Positions 42,855 through 52,305 of a DNA stretch of 64,000 bases are shown one piece after another (the stretch's first letter is position 1; each line of letters begins with the position of its first letter). The translations under genes and the position numbers were made by a program. The DNA lies in the sequence record PZ452610.1; one strand, given 5' to 3'. Source of the DNA: a phage. Under the pieces are notes generated by a model that saw nothing but the letters and a program-made list of their open reading frames with translations, did no database searches and had not been told where the DNA came from.

Positions 42855-43283
42855 TTATTCCTTAAAATGTGCTTTCAACATTTGATACAAAGACCATGCC
42901 TGGTCATTATTTTTGATAGTAATCGTCATCACAGGAAATTCAGACAATTCATCAAGTTCACCAGAATCTTGCTCTTCGGACGCTTGATATGGATTTCCAA
43001 CTTCGTCAAAGAACTCTGCTTCATTAGTGGAGAGCCAAATAAAGTTTTCATCAAGAATATCACCGCCTGTTGCGTATCCAACTGTGCCAGTAGATGTCAC
43101 AATTTTAGTAGGACGACCAAGATGGTCAACATCTAATACTTTAAATGGTTCCATGCCAAGACGTCGTGCATAAATCCCATTATCAGTGTGGTCTTTAATA
43201 AACTCTTCTTGGGCACGTTTATCTTTAAATTGGTACCATGAGTTAACGCGGAATTTATTAGCCATTAGTAAGTTTCCTTCCAA
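42855..43283 (-). CDS. hypothetical protein
   Basis: 142 aa acidic ORF. Confidence 0.5.
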   Translation of the reverse strand: MEGNLLMANKFRVNSWYQFKDKRAQEEFIKDHTDNGIYARRLGMEPFKVLDVDHLGRPTKIVTSTGTVGYATGGDILDENFIWLSTNEAEFFDEVGNPYQASEEQDSGELDELSEFPVMTITIKNNDQAWSLYQMLKAHFKE

Positions 43284-43492
43284 TAAGTTGTACCGTTTTC
43301 AGTGATTTCACGGAAGATACCATAGATGGGCATTTCATCGCCAAGTTTTTCGTAAACGTAAACCACTTCGGTGTAGCATAAAAATTCGGTCCAGTTTTTC
43401 TGTACAACAACTAAATCAGGATTAAACAGAACATCTTCAAACTCATCGATGTTTGAATCGGTAGTTACGTTTTTAATGATTTGACGTTTCAT
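43265..43492 (-). CDS. hypothetical protein
   Basis: track start 43537 lies inside early promoter 43521-43549; ATG at 43492 with SD AAGAGGAGAA gives 75 aa. Confidence 0.5.
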   Translation of the reverse strand: MKRQIIKNVTTDSNIDEFEDVLFNPDLVVVQKNWTEFLCYTEVVYVYEKLGDEMPIYGIFREITENGTTYWKETY

Positions 43493-43520
43493 AATATTCT
43501 CCTCTTGTTTTGATAGGTCT

Positions 43521-43549
43521 ATAGTATCATAGACCATAGTTGTTGTACA
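43521..43549 (-). promoter_or_regulatory. T4-type early promoter
   Basis: TGTACA -35, 17 bp, TACTAT -10; upstream of corrected start 43492. Confidence 0.5.
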
Positions 43550-44074
43550 TCATTTTAGCAAAATAAAATCAACTTGTTCTGCCAATGAACGTCTAAACAT
43601 TAATTGACAACTTCCGAGTATGAAATCAGGTGCTTCATAGACCGCGATGTAGTATCCTTTAGCTTTCAAGAGTTCAACATCCACTTGGTCATCAAACCAT
43701 GCATAAACCGCGTCAACACTTTCAAATCCAAAATAGAACCCTTGAGCCCAATCTTCACTCAATTCAAATGTGTACTCAATTCTATGGTATCTTAAGATAT
43801 TTTGTTCAAGGAGTTTGTCTTCATTTACTGTAGGACGATTAGGGACATTATAGTTGTCGCCGTGATGGTAGAAGTTACCTGAGAGTATTCCATGCTTATC
43901 AAGGAATTCCCATGTTTCTTCAGAGTTGTCGGTGCCTGACCAACCGTACGGCGAGCGAGGTTCTTTATTCCAAGAGGTTTCCCAAATTCTGACGGCTTTA
44001 CCGTCTTCGATAGCAATTCCTGGTAATGATTCACGTTGAGTACAAAAACTACGTTCTACGCGGTAAACTAACAT
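43550..44074 (-). CDS. hypothetical protein
   Basis: 174 aa ORF with SD GAGGAG and early promoter 44101-44129. Confidence 0.55.
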   Translation of the reverse strand: MLVYRVERSFCTQRESLPGIAIEDGKAVRIWETSWNKEPRSPYGWSGTDNSEETWEFLDKHGILSGNFYHHGDNYNVPNRPTVNEDKLLEQNILRYHRIEYTFELSEDWAQGFYFGFESVDAVYAWFDDQVDVELLKAKGYYIAVYEAPDFILGSCQLMFRRSLAEQVDFILLK

Positions 44075-44100
44075 ATTATTCTCCTCTGGTTGATATGGTT

Positions 44101-44129
44101 ATAATATCAAATCCAGAGGAGAAGTAAAC
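44101..44129 (-). promoter_or_regulatory. T4-type early promoter
   Basis: GTTTAC -35, 17 bp, TATTAT -10; upstream of start 44074. Confidence 0.55.
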
Positions 44130-44133
44130 AACT

Positions 44134-44553
44134 TTATGCGAAAGCAGCTGGGCTATATTTTTTAATTTGGAATTCAGGAACTACCATGAACTGTCCAGCG
44201 AAAACAATGTTATAAAGCTTAACACCATCTTCTACCCAACGGTCGCTAATAAATCCGGCGATTTGCTTAGTTTTCCACGGTGTTCCATCAGTTGCCGCAG
44301 CAATAGTGAATTCATGGTCTTTTTCAACAGAAACTGATCTGCATAATCCCCATTTGAACGCTTTTTCTTCCGGTTCAATGAATTGGCTTTTAACGTAACC
44401 AATGTTACCATCAGCGTCACGAACTTTAACTTCGTTACGTCCAAAAACAGGATCACTCACAGAAAGAACTTCAACCAACTTCCCGGCAACTTTAGAGCGA
44501 GAAGCAACAGATACATATACGTAATCACCTGTAGAGAGATTTACAATATTCAT
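44134..44553 (-). CDS. hypothetical protein, paralog family member A
   Basis: 139 aa; shares N-terminal VS.ASRSK.AGKLVEV and C-terminal GFISD.WVEDG.KLYNIVF.G.F.VV with 44563-45018. Confidence 0.55.
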   Translation of the reverse strand: MNIVNLSTGDYVYVSVASRSKVAGKLVEVLSVSDPVFGRNEVKVRDADGNIGYVKSQFIEPEEKAFKWGLCRSVSVEKDHEFTIAAATDGTPWKTKQIAGFISDRWVEDGVKLYNIVFAGQFMVVPEFQIKKYSPAAFA

Positions 44554-44562
44554 AATAATTCC

Positions 44563-45018
44563 TTAAGCTTTACGAGGAGACACATAGCGAGTGATTTCAG
44601 ATTCTTTAACAACTCGGAAGTCACCTAAGAATACGATATTGTATAACTTTTCACCATCTTCAACCCATTGGTCACTAATGAAGCCACACATGGTATCAGT
44701 TGTGCTTGGATAGCCGTATTCATCGATGAAGTCAAATTCTTTATCAGTCTGGAATTCAACACCTTTACACAAGGCCCATTTGAACTGTGCATTAGGTTCA
44801 GTAGAAGCAAAATGAGCGCTCACATGAGTTTCCAAGAATTTAGGACTTACGTAAGCATATTGAGTATCCTGACGTCCAAAACTAGGAATGATTCGAACTT
44901 TAACTTCTTTAATACGTCCCATGCCATTTGTGCGAAGTCCGACAACTTCAACCAGACGACCTGCGGCTTTAGAACGGGATGCAGTTGATACACGCTTAAT
45001 TTCACCAATAGTAATCAT
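44563..45018 (-). CDS. hypothetical protein, paralog family member B
   Basis: 151 aa; paralogous to 44134-44553; early promoter 45047-45075. Confidence 0.55.
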   Translation of the reverse strand: MITIGEIKRVSTASRSKAAGRLVEVVGLRTNGMGRIKEVKVRIIPSFGRQDTQYAYVSPKFLETHVSAHFASTEPNAQFKWALCKGVEFQTDKEFDFIDEYGYPSTTDTMCGFISDQWVEDGEKLYNIVFLGDFRVVKESEITRYVSPRKA

Positions 45019-45046
45019 AATTTCTCTCTTTGTTTAAATTGAATTC

Positions 45047-45075
45047 ACTATACTCCATCCATCCTTGGATGTACA
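45047..45075 (-). promoter_or_regulatory. T4-type early promoter
   Basis: TGTACA -35, 17 bp, TATAGT -10; upstream of start 45018. Confidence 0.5.
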
Positions 45076-45078
45076 ACA

Positions 45079-45573
45079 TTAATTTAGAATATTAACCACA
45101 GCACTACGTGGAACTACACTAAAATCACCTGCATGAACAACGTTCAGAAGTTCAACACCGTCTTCAATCCACTGGTCAGTTACCCAGCCACTTACCGGTC
45201 CAGCGAATGGTCGACGAATTGAAACTGCTTTACACAACAAGTCTGTAGGCTCGATAGGTTTAACTAAAGTACCGTACATAGAAGCGATGTCCATATCAAA
45301 GTGGAGACCATCTTTAACAGGTGCTTCTCCAATCAACAGTTCAAAGTCGGTGCTTGGAAGGGCGGTAGTAGAAATTGTACCATATGAATTTTTAATTTCT
45401 AAGAATAACCAAGGGCCTTCAGCTTGTTTGATGAAGTTAACAATAGTGAAACTATTACCTTGAGTGGCACCTAAAATTTCACAAAACTTTTCATAAGCTC
45501 GCACTGAAGCACCGTACCAGTTGATTTGTTTTTCGTCTTTCAGGATGTAAGTGGCCGTAGTATTGATATTCAT
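45079..45573 (-). CDS. hypothetical protein, paralog family member C
   Basis: track start 45615 is TTG inside promoter; ATG at 45573 gives 164 aa; C-terminus VTDQWIEDGVELLNVVHAGDFSVVP matches family motif. Confidence 0.5.
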   Translation of the reverse strand: MNINTTATYILKDEKQINWYGASVRAYEKFCEILGATQGNSFTIVNFIKQAEGPWLFLEIKNSYGTISTTALPSTDFELLIGEAPVKDGLHFDMDIASMYGTLVKPIEPTDLLCKAVSIRRPFAGPVSGWVTDQWIEDGVELLNVVHAGDFSVVPRSAVVNILN

Positions 45574-45603
45574 AATGGTTTCCAGTTTGGTTAAGATAGA
45601 AAG

Positions 45604-45633
45604 ATTATACTCCAACCATCCTTGGTTGTAAAC
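45604..45633 (-). promoter_or_regulatory. T4-type early promoter
   Basis: GTTTAC -35, 18 bp, TATAAT -10; upstream of corrected start 45573. Confidence 0.55.
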
Positions 45634-45638
45634 TGTTT

Positions 45639-46316
45639 TTATCGCTGTTTTACACTTAACGGGTCAGGATTCTCAGGGACATCTTCAAGGCCAAGCGCAT
45701 AACGCTGAGCATATTTTAACATCAAAATATCTTTAGCACAATCATGAATACTATCATGGGCAACGAATCCTTTTAGCGTACCCATCGGTAATGGACACAT
45801 ACTTAATCCTCGTGTCAACGAGTAAGCTTCGATTGCTGTACGAATATCACGTTGAGCCCAGAATTTAACCGGTTCTAATTTATCAGTATCAATATCTGGT
45901 TCAAGAACACCTTCATCACGATAGAGGTCACGAATCAAATCGACCAAGATCGGGAAGTCAAAGCTCATACCACGGCACCACATCTGTGATTTCCATTGGT
46001 CAACTTTATTAGCTCGACAATAATCTAAAAAGATTTTAATGCCTTCAAGCGTAGTGACATCGTCTTCAGACGGAGCCAAGTTTTTACGTGCTTCAGCCGA
46101 TTGTTCTTTCCACCATTTCATAGTGGATTTAGCGAAAACTCGCTTCCCTTTCTGAGAAGCTAAATTAAATTTAATTCGCTTACCTCGTTGAACAAGTTCT
46201 TCAAATGATTCAACAACTTCAGGGTCGGAATTATATGCAATAACCGCAAGGTCAATAACAGCCGCTTTTGATGTATTGCCGAATGTTTCAAAGTCTATAA
46301 TAACATCAGTGCTCAT
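45639..46316 (-). CDS. dexA: exonuclease A (DnaQ-like 3'-5' exonuclease)
   Basis: 225 aa; DEDD motifs (IIDFETFG ...); T4 dexA position next to dda. Confidence 0.85.
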   Translation of the reverse strand: MSTDVIIDFETFGNTSKAAVIDLAVIAYNSDPEVVESFEELVQRGKRIKFNLASQKGKRVFAKSTMKWWKEQSAEARKNLAPSEDDVTTLEGIKIFLDYCRANKVDQWKSQMWCRGMSFDFPILVDLIRDLYRDEGVLEPDIDTDKLEPVKFWAQRDIRTAIEAYSLTRGLSMCPLPMGTLKGFVAHDSIHDCAKDILMLKYAQRYALGLEDVPENPDPLSVKQR

Positions 46317-46325
46317 AATTTTCTC

Positions 46326-47639
46326 TCAAATAAAATGGACGTCAAAACGACCACGAGTCGTGCCGACATACAATAACTGTTTAGCTAATTCTGAATCGGC
46401 ATAATGGATACACGGTGTATAAACAAAGGCCGTGTCAACAGACATACCCTGGGCCTTATGGAAGGTTGATACAGGTAGTGCCTTCACCTTAGTGAACATA
46501 CGTTTAGCATCCCAGAATTCGCTCCATGGAGCTTTACCGCCTTTATTCCAGAATTTATATGTTTCTGCGGTCTTAGCCAAAAACAAATTGAATTTATAAA
46601 GCTCTTCTTCAGAAGAAATAACCTTTATATCTTCACGGATGTATTCTTCATCATCACTATATGTTTCTACTGTAAGATTCCAGTATCGTATCATATATTC
46701 GCCTGAAACACCGCGTGCTTTAACGAATGTAGACGTTTCTACAGCATCTCGAATACGAACGAATTGCCCGTTATTGAAAAGCATTTCGGTCATATTTTTG
46801 CCATCTAGCTTATATGTCTTAGTAAATGGCTCTTGTAGAACAATGACTTCGTCTTTAATAAATGGCTTTTCTGTTTCGAGAAGTTTTCGGCGAATAATTG
46901 AATTTAACTTGTCCACCGACTTATTTGTGAATGCCATCATTCGATTTTCGAAAAGGTCTTCAGGAGTTTTAACGACGTTAAAATAGTTCATCATATACGA
47001 TTTAAGGTCTGTATATCCATGAACACCGTGCCCATCAACTACTTTATCGTAAATCCATTTGCCATTACGAATATCAGTCGCAACATCAATAATTGGCGCA
47101 TTGCTACGTTTAACTTCTGTAAGGTTGCATTGCACGAAGTCTTTGTGAGTGAAGAAAGGACTTAGATACGCAGTTGATTCGCCTGGGTCTACCGGACGAA
47201 TCTGGCATCGGTCGCCGATTCCAATTACTGTGCACCATTTAGGGATACTAGCTAACATTATTTTAAACAGAGGACGGTCGCACATTGACGCTTCATCAAA
47301 TAACAGTACACGACACAAGGCTAAGTCGGGAACCTTTTTCTGTTCAAACAATACGTTTTCTTCGTATGTAGTTGGGTTGATTTTAAGAATGCTATGAATA
47401 GTCGATGCTTCTTGACCCGCAAGTTTGCTTAGAACCTTTTTAGCAGCATGTGTAGGGGCTGCTAAAATAATACCTGATTCTCCGGCAGAAATAAGAGCTT
47501 CAACGATGAATCTAGTAAGGGTTGTTTTACCTGTACCAGCAGGCCCATTAATAGTTACGTGATGTTTCTTTTCTTTAATAGCGTTCATAACAACGTTGAA
47601 GGCGTTTTTCTGGCCTTCAGTCAAATCATCAAATGTCAT
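46326..47639 (-). CDS. dda: Dda DNA helicase (SF1B)
   Basis: 437 aa; near-identical to T4 Dda (GPAGTGKTT, start MTFDDLTEGQKNAFN). Confidence 0.95.
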   Translation of the reverse strand: MTFDDLTEGQKNAFNVVMNAIKEKKHHVTINGPAGTGKTTLTRFIVEALISAGESGIILAAPTHAAKKVLSKLAGQEASTIHSILKINPTTYEENVLFEQKKVPDLALCRVLLFDEASMCDRPLFKIMLASIPKWCTVIGIGDRCQIRPVDPGESTAYLSPFFTHKDFVQCNLTEVKRSNAPIIDVATDIRNGKWIYDKVVDGHGVHGYTDLKSYMMNYFNVVKTPEDLFENRMMAFTNKSVDKLNSIIRRKLLETEKPFIKDEVIVLQEPFTKTYKLDGKNMTEMLFNNGQFVRIRDAVETSTFVKARGVSGEYMIRYWNLTVETYSDDEEYIREDIKVISSEEELYKFNLFLAKTAETYKFWNKGGKAPWSEFWDAKRMFTKVKALPVSTFHKAQGMSVDTAFVYTPCIHYADSELAKQLLYVGTTRGRFDVHFI

Positions 47640-47947
47640 CGTAAAGTCCCTGCAATTGGAATACTAACAATACGGCCTGTGTCCAGGATTCGTTGATACA
47701 ATCTTTGCGTCTCCGCATCTAGTTTAACGTGTTTCATTTCAAGCTTATTAAACCAGAACTTACGCGGAGTTTCGACCATTCTTAGAACTCCCATTTTTAA
47801 ATCTGTTTTATACTGTGTTTTCAAAGTATCGAAAACTTTATCTGCAATATCCTTTCTAAAAAATACTGCAGGACGATGCTCATCAAGTGGAACCGGGACA
47901 GTAAATCCTTCCATATCTCGATAAACTATTGCATATACATAAACCAT
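47636..47947 (-). CDS. hypothetical protein
   Basis: 103 aa ORF coupled to dda. Confidence 0.5.
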   Translation of the reverse strand: MVYVYAIVYRDMEGFTVPVPLDEHRPAVFFRKDIADKVFDTLKTQYKTDLKMGVLRMVETPRKFWFNKLEMKHVKLDAETQRLYQRILDTGRIVSIPIAGTLR

Positions 47948-47949
47948 AA

Positions 47950-48696
47950 TTAACCTTTAATCAGTTGGAATAATGATGCGCTAAGTGGTAAGCCACGTTT
48001 CAATTTTAATTTACCAATGAAACCAATCTTTTCAAAACGTTGCAGACCTTGGATAACTTTATCATATGTATCGAAAAGCGATTCAGCGTCAGTTAATTTA
48101 GTTTTAGTTTTCCAGTCAGAGCCTTTAAGAAGAACGTTGAGTTTAGTAAGTTCATGGCCTTCTGCTTGATGTGAGCCATTAATGCGTGCTTTCAAAGCAA
48201 CAATTCTAAGTTTAGATTCGTTAGATAAAGGTTGATTTTTCATCATGTTCGCCATATGCTTAACACGATTTTCACGTTTTGCTCGGATTTTTAAAATAGT
48301 ACCATAAACCTTTTTGATTTGGGCCCATTTCTTCTCGTCGAGATTAAGTTTCTCTACTTTACGGGCCGAAGGATTGGCGATACGTCTTGCAATGGCATCG
48401 CGTTTCCCAATAAGCTCTTCTAATGTTAAATCAGAACGAGCGGTGTTATATTTTTTCTTAACCGGGATAACATTACCTTTAATGTAGCCTATATCATTAT
48501 TAAAACGTTCTAAGGATAATTTCTCACCTTCAACAGAGTTATTAAAAGATTCACCTGAGTAAGCGCAGACCTTTTGATCAAGAATGTTTTTAAGGTAATT
48601 AAAGTCTAAGTTAAAATCCTTAGAGCGTCTCTTCGCAGAAGCTCTGGTGTGGTCAAGACGACGATTGATTTTGTTAATTTTATTATTTGATAACAT
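47950..48696 (-). CDS. basic protein, Srd-like by position
   Basis: 248 aa Lys/Arg-rich ORF at T4 srd position between dda and modB; early promoter 48747-48774. Confidence 0.35.
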   Translation of the reverse strand: MLSNNKINKINRRLDHTRASAKRRSKDFNLDFNYLKNILDQKVCAYSGESFNNSVEGEKLSLERFNNDIGYIKGNVIPVKKKYNTARSDLTLEELIGKRDAIARRIANPSARKVEKLNLDEKKWAQIKKVYGTILKIRAKRENRVKHMANMMKNQPLSNESKLRIVALKARINGSHQAEGHELTKLNVLLKGSDWKTKTKLTDAESLFDTYDKVIQGLQRFEKIGFIGKLKLKRGLPLSASLFQLIKG

Positions 48697-48746
48697 AATA
48701 TTTTCCTCTGTCTTACGGACGTTAAGGTCATTTAGCTGATAAGCTT

Positions 48747-48774
48747 ATAATATCATGCCCTCAGGTAGTGTACA
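48747..48774 (-). promoter_or_regulatory. T4-type early promoter
   Basis: TGTACA -35, 16 bp, TATTAT -10; upstream of start 48696. Confidence 0.45.
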
Positions 48775-48849
48775 CTCTTTTTTCGTAAAATGCTTTAATT
48801 TTTTATGTGTTATAATGGTTCTGAGTTCCATCCGGTTATTCCAATTCAG

Positions 48850-49458
48850 TCAGTAACTGACAATAGACAGATTCCAGATTGTATAACGTCCATCTTGAAT
48901 AATAGAATCTACACGCAGTGTAGTCCCTATAGGGAGCATAAATTCACATTCGTCAGATATAAGTCTAGCATTAGACCGTCTTGTCGCTTCAGGGAAAGCT
49001 CCATTGAACTCACAAGATGGCGCAGCCAGAATCATGTTAAGCATATGTTCACGGAAGTTGAAAGCAAATGGTGCATCTTTGATGCAGAACATATTAAATG
49101 TTCCGTAAAAATTATACGAAGCAAAGTTACGTGCTACACCGAACACTGGACTGAAGCTCATTACTCTGTCAAATTTAATAATACTACCAATGCCTTTATC
49201 ATCAAGTGTAGCCATAGTTTTCTTAGAGATTCCACGATACATTGTCTCAGGAACAGAAGACGACCAATTTCTACGAACAATTGCACTTAAATCTTTTTGG
49301 ATGCTATCAGGCTTGTTTTCCATACACTGCCATAGTACACTTTGTTCAATGTCACTGAATTGCTCATCGATTTTGTACTGAAGCATATCTTGATAATCCG
49401 GGCATTGAGCACGACGAACCATTTCTTCAATTTCACACTCGTTATACGGCATAAACAT
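48850..49458 (-). CDS. modB: ModB-like ADP-ribosyltransferase
   Basis: 202 aa; R (MYRGIS), S-x-S and E-x-E (DECEF) ART motifs; paralog of adjacent modA. Confidence 0.6.
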   Translation of the reverse strand: MFMPYNECEIEEMVRRAQCPDYQDMLQYKIDEQFSDIEQSVLWQCMENKPDSIQKDLSAIVRRNWSSSVPETMYRGISKKTMATLDDKGIGSIIKFDRVMSFSPVFGVARNFASYNFYGTFNMFCIKDAPFAFNFREHMLNMILAAPSCEFNGAFPEATRRSNARLISDECEFMLPIGTTLRVDSIIQDGRYTIWNLSIVSY

Positions 49459-49486
49459 TTAGGTTTCTCCTGTGGTTGATAAAGGT

Positions 49487-49515
49487 ATAGTATCATCATC
49501 GGAAGAGTTTGTACA
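49487..49515 (-). promoter_or_regulatory. T4-type early promoter (modB)
   Basis: TGTACA -35, 17 bp, TACTAT -10; upstream of modB start 49458. Confidence 0.5.
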
Positions 49516-50097
49516 CTAAAAATTCAACATTTTCAAATGAATGATTTTGTATAATCGAGATAAAGGGTCATATTCTAAGTCTTCAATTTCCACAATCTCA
49601 AATCTAGAGATACCTGAGACCATGTACTCTTGTTCAGATTCAATCATATCTAGGACGTCAACACGCGTTTCTTCCATAACATGCTTAGGGTTCTTTCCGG
49701 CGAGTACAATGTTAATCATGTTTTGGTAGTAATCAAAAATGAATGGAGCATTCCTGAGACTAAGAATAGTGTACGTCTGATACTCCCAACTCCCAGAGAA
49801 TTGACGAGCTGTACTGAAATCAGTTGTGAACGATGTTACTCGTCCAGGAGACCAATGGCATCCAACAGAAAGAAGGGAAAGACGTTCTACTTCTTCTGGA
49901 GTTACACCACGGTAGAGTTCTACTGGTACTGTAGAAGACATATGCTTACGAACAAGATGGTCTAATTCATAGTGGAAATCCGGGTCTTCCTTAGAATCGG
50001 TGCAAGCCCAGAGAATGTTTTGTTCTTGGCGGGTGAATTTGCTATCAATCAGATTTGTTAGGTATTCGCGTTCTTGAAGTTCAGATTGACATGTCAT
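49516..50097 (-). CDS. modA: ModA-like ADP-ribosyltransferase
   Basis: 193 aa; ELYRGV, TSFTTD, ESEQEY motifs; early promoter 50125-50153. Confidence 0.6.
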   Translation of the reverse strand: MTCQSELQEREYLTNLIDSKFTRQEQNILWACTDSKEDPDFHYELDHLVRKHMSSTVPVELYRGVTPEEVERLSLLSVGCHWSPGRVTSFTTDFSTARQFSGSWEYQTYTILSLRNAPFIFDYYQNMINIVLAGKNPKHVMEETRVDVLDMIESEQEYMVSGISRFEIVEIEDLEYDPLSRLYKIIHLKMLNF

Positions 50098-50124
50098 GAT
50101 AGACCTCCATTTAAAGATAAGCCT

Positions 50125-50153
50125 ATCATAACACGAGAGGAGGGAATGTAAAC
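50125..50153 (-). promoter_or_regulatory. T4-type early promoter (modA)
   Basis: GTTTAC -35, 17 bp, TATGAT -10; upstream of modA start 50097. Confidence 0.55.
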
Positions 50154-50313
50154 TACTTTTTAAGCTTTCCTACTAAAGGTCCATCAGGACCAGGTTGTTC
50201 TAACATGAATAACGATGCTTTAAAAAGCAATGCCAACCCTTTCACCATTCGATACCATGTCTCAAAGTCTTTTTCCTTGATTTCTAGTAAGAATTTCTCT
50301 TTCAATTTCTCTT

Positions 50314-50502
50314 TCATTTCCAAGGACTCCATGGCGGAGGGTCGTCATAATAAGAGGCAAGGTCTTTCAGGGCTTCAACAGGTAAACTAAAGCCGTGTCG
50401 TTGTATAATACTATCTAGTTCATCGACAAGTTCACTACGATGAACTTTAGGAGCCTCAACTTCAGGCTCATCAAACATACTCATCAAGTCCATATTATTC
50501 AC
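50314..50502 (-). CDS. hypothetical protein
   Basis: 62 aa acidic ORF. Confidence 0.4.
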   Translation of the reverse strand: MNNMDLMSMFDEPEVEAPKVHRSELVDELDSIIQRHGFSLPVEALKDLASYYDDPPPWSPWK

Positions 50503-50959
50503 CGAGATAAAAACTAGCCGGTTCAGAAAATGTTTCTAGTGCTACACCTTTTGTCTTAAAAAATTTCCAAATAGCTCGTTGCAAATGGATTAAATCTGCT
50601 AATGACGTAATAAAGTATTTTTTGGCAAAATACTTATGGTCTCGCTTTTCAAACAAGTCTAAACGCTTTTCAGGATTCACATAAACGGCATTTTCCGTAG
50701 ATTCATAACCTAAGTCCTTTATGCCTTCTTCAAGACTAAACGGAGAATTTTTAGAATGAGTAATAGCTCCAACTCGCTCTACACGAATTTTGTAACCTTT
50801 AGGAATCTGCAATTTGCAGAATTCTTCTACGATATATTGCGGATTATTTAGACTTTTGTTAATGAGAATAGCTATTTCTAGTGGAGTCTTATCTTCCACT
50901 GGTATATGTTTAAATGACTTGGCTTCAAGCAAATACATTTTAAATAGCATAGCATCCAT
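50495..50959 (-). CDS. hypothetical protein
   Basis: 154 aa ORF. Confidence 0.5.
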   Translation of the reverse strand: MDAMLFKMYLLEAKSFKHIPVEDKTPLEIAILINKSLNNPQYIVEEFCKLQIPKGYKIRVERVGAITHSKNSPFSLEEGIKDLGYESTENAVYVNPEKRLDLFEKRDHKYFAKKYFITSLADLIHLQRAIWKFFKTKGVALETFSEPASFYLGE

Positions 50960-51165
50960 TATAATTTCCTCGATGGTTCACCCATATAAAGTTTTACAAT
51001 ACGTTCGCCTTCATCTTCGACGAGCTTTTCTTCATGTTTCTGGAATTCTTTAGCCATATTCTCTTCAAGAACATCCAGCCAATCTTCTGGACCGACACCA
51101 TCGTCCCAGCTTTTAAACCATTTAACTATCTTGTTCATTCGCAGCTCCCTGAGCTTGAACCACAA
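50959..51165 (-). CDS. hypothetical protein
   Basis: 68 aa ORF, overlaps neighbour by 1 nt. Confidence 0.45.
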   Translation of the reverse strand: MWFKLRELRMNKIVKWFKSWDDGVGPEDWLDVLEENMAKEFQKHEEKLVEDEGERIVKLYMGEPSRKL

Positions 51166-51336
51166 TCAGAATAACTTGACCCGGAATCACCAGGCCAAGA
51201 CGATACGTATGAATGATTATAACTTGAAGAGCTTGAAGCATTAACCTGTTTTGTTTTTTGACGAACAACTTCTTCCATCATGCCGTCACCGATATATTCC
51301 CAACTTTTTTCGTGTGTATCAGGAATAGGCATCATA
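51135..51336 (-). CDS. hypothetical Ser-rich small protein
   Basis: in-frame ATGATG at 51331-51336 just downstream of preceding stop; C-terminal SSSSSYNHS..SGSSYSDCGSSSGS; longer track ORF overlaps upstream gene. Confidence 0.3.
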
Positions 51337-51348
51337 CCTTCGCCTGGT

Positions 51349-51576
51349 TTAACAGCAAACAACTTCTTCAGTATCGTAAGCATTAATTGTTCCTCGAACA
51401 AAACGAACACCACCGTCATCCCAGCGGATTTCAGCATTAAATTTGACGTCTTCACCATCCATCATGAATGAGTGTACGACTACATCATCGTAATATCCAA
51501 GACCGTATTTCAACGAAACTTCTTGAGCAATCAAAGCACCTAATGTGTTATTAGGTTTAATCCAACGATTTAACAT
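51349..51576 (-). CDS. hypothetical protein
   Basis: ATG at 51574-51576 with SD AAGAGGAGAA; track start 51645 lies upstream of early promoter 51605-51634. Confidence 0.5.
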   Translation of the reverse strand: MLNRWIKPNNTLGALIAQEVSLKYGLGYYDDVVVHSFMMDGEDVKFNAEIRWDDGGVRFVRGTINAYDTEEVVCC

Positions 51577-51604
51577 ATTGTTCTCCTCTTGAGTAAGTAA
51601 GAAT

Positions 51605-51634
51605 ATCTTAACACAGTTTTTAGTGGTTGTAAAC
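51605..51634 (-). promoter_or_regulatory. T4-type early promoter
   Basis: GTTTAC -35, 18 bp, TAAGAT -10; upstream of start 51576. Confidence 0.45.
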
Positions 51635-51652
51635 TGTAGAAACAAAAAAAAA

Positions 51653-51670
51653 GGAATCCCGAAGGATTCC
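51653..51670 (-). terminator. intrinsic terminator downstream of soc
   Basis: GGAAUCC-UUCG-GGAUUCC followed by U9 on minus strand. Confidence 0.75.
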
Positions 51671-51679
51671 TTAAATTAT

Positions 51680-51916
51680 TTAACCACTTACTGGTGTAGG
51701 GGTAAACATTGCAGCGTTCTTAGTTTTCCAAGTTGCTGCATCAGAAACGACATCAGAATAAGCTGCCTTTTCTGACGGAAAGATTTGGTAATGAGAATCA
51801 GCAATCCGATGTTCGTTTGAATAAATCTCAAACGGAACAGAAACTTCCATACCTTTAACTTCTTTGCCTTCACCAGCAGGATGCGTAAAGGTTTTTATGT
51901 TTACATAACCACCCAT
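51680..51916 (-). CDS. soc: Soc small outer capsid protein
   Basis: 78 aa; GYVNIKTF, HYQ.FPSEKAAYS as in T4 Soc; late promoter upstream and strong terminator downstream. Confidence 0.85.
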   Translation of the reverse strand: MGGYVNIKTFTHPAGEGKEVKGMEVSVPFEIYSNEHRIADSHYQIFPSEKAAYSDVVSDAATWKTKNAAMFTPTPVSG

Positions 51917-51918
51917 AA

Positions 51919-52143
51919 TTAACTCCTTTGTTGTTTAATTACAGGTGTATTTATAATGAATTCCTGTGGAACAGTAAAATATCCGAATTTAGCTAATACA
52001 ACAACATCACCATTAATGATTACTGGAGAATAATCATCTGAGTTATTAAATTTCCAATGAAGCCTGTCATCATATCCATCAGAACCAAATGCTCGAGTAG
52101 CCGGTCTCCCGGCTTTTTGCCATGCATAAAAATCAAGTTTCAT
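51919..52143 (-). CDS. hypothetical protein
   Basis: track ORF begins with TTG at 52257 and a hydrophobic junk-like N-terminus; first plausible ATG at 52143 (74 aa), weak RBS. Confidence 0.3.
   Translation of the reverse strand: MKLDFYAWQKAGRPATRAFGSDGYDDRLHWKFNNSDDYSPVIINGDVVVLAKFGYFTVPQEFIINTPVIKQQRS
51948..51955 (-). promoter_or_regulatory. T4 late promoter (TATAAATA) for soc
   Basis: TATAAATA on minus strand 32 nt upstream of soc ATG. Confidence 0.65.
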
Positions 52144-52305
52144 TTGCAACCCAATCAACCATATGTAGATGGTCTGATAATTGACTAACATGCTGAAGCT
52201 GATTAGACAGGAGCTTACAAATAAGCTCACTGTTATCATTTTTAAATAGTTGGTCAATACGTTTCTTATGAGCTTTCTTAAGCTGACGTTTATTTAAACG
52301 AGCCA

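Noticed and set aside
50205-50390. 61-aa plus-strand ORF upstream of modA region
   Set aside because: Overlaps minus-strand ORF 50314-50502 and the modA promoter region, has no SD, and is on the opposite strand from all neighbours.
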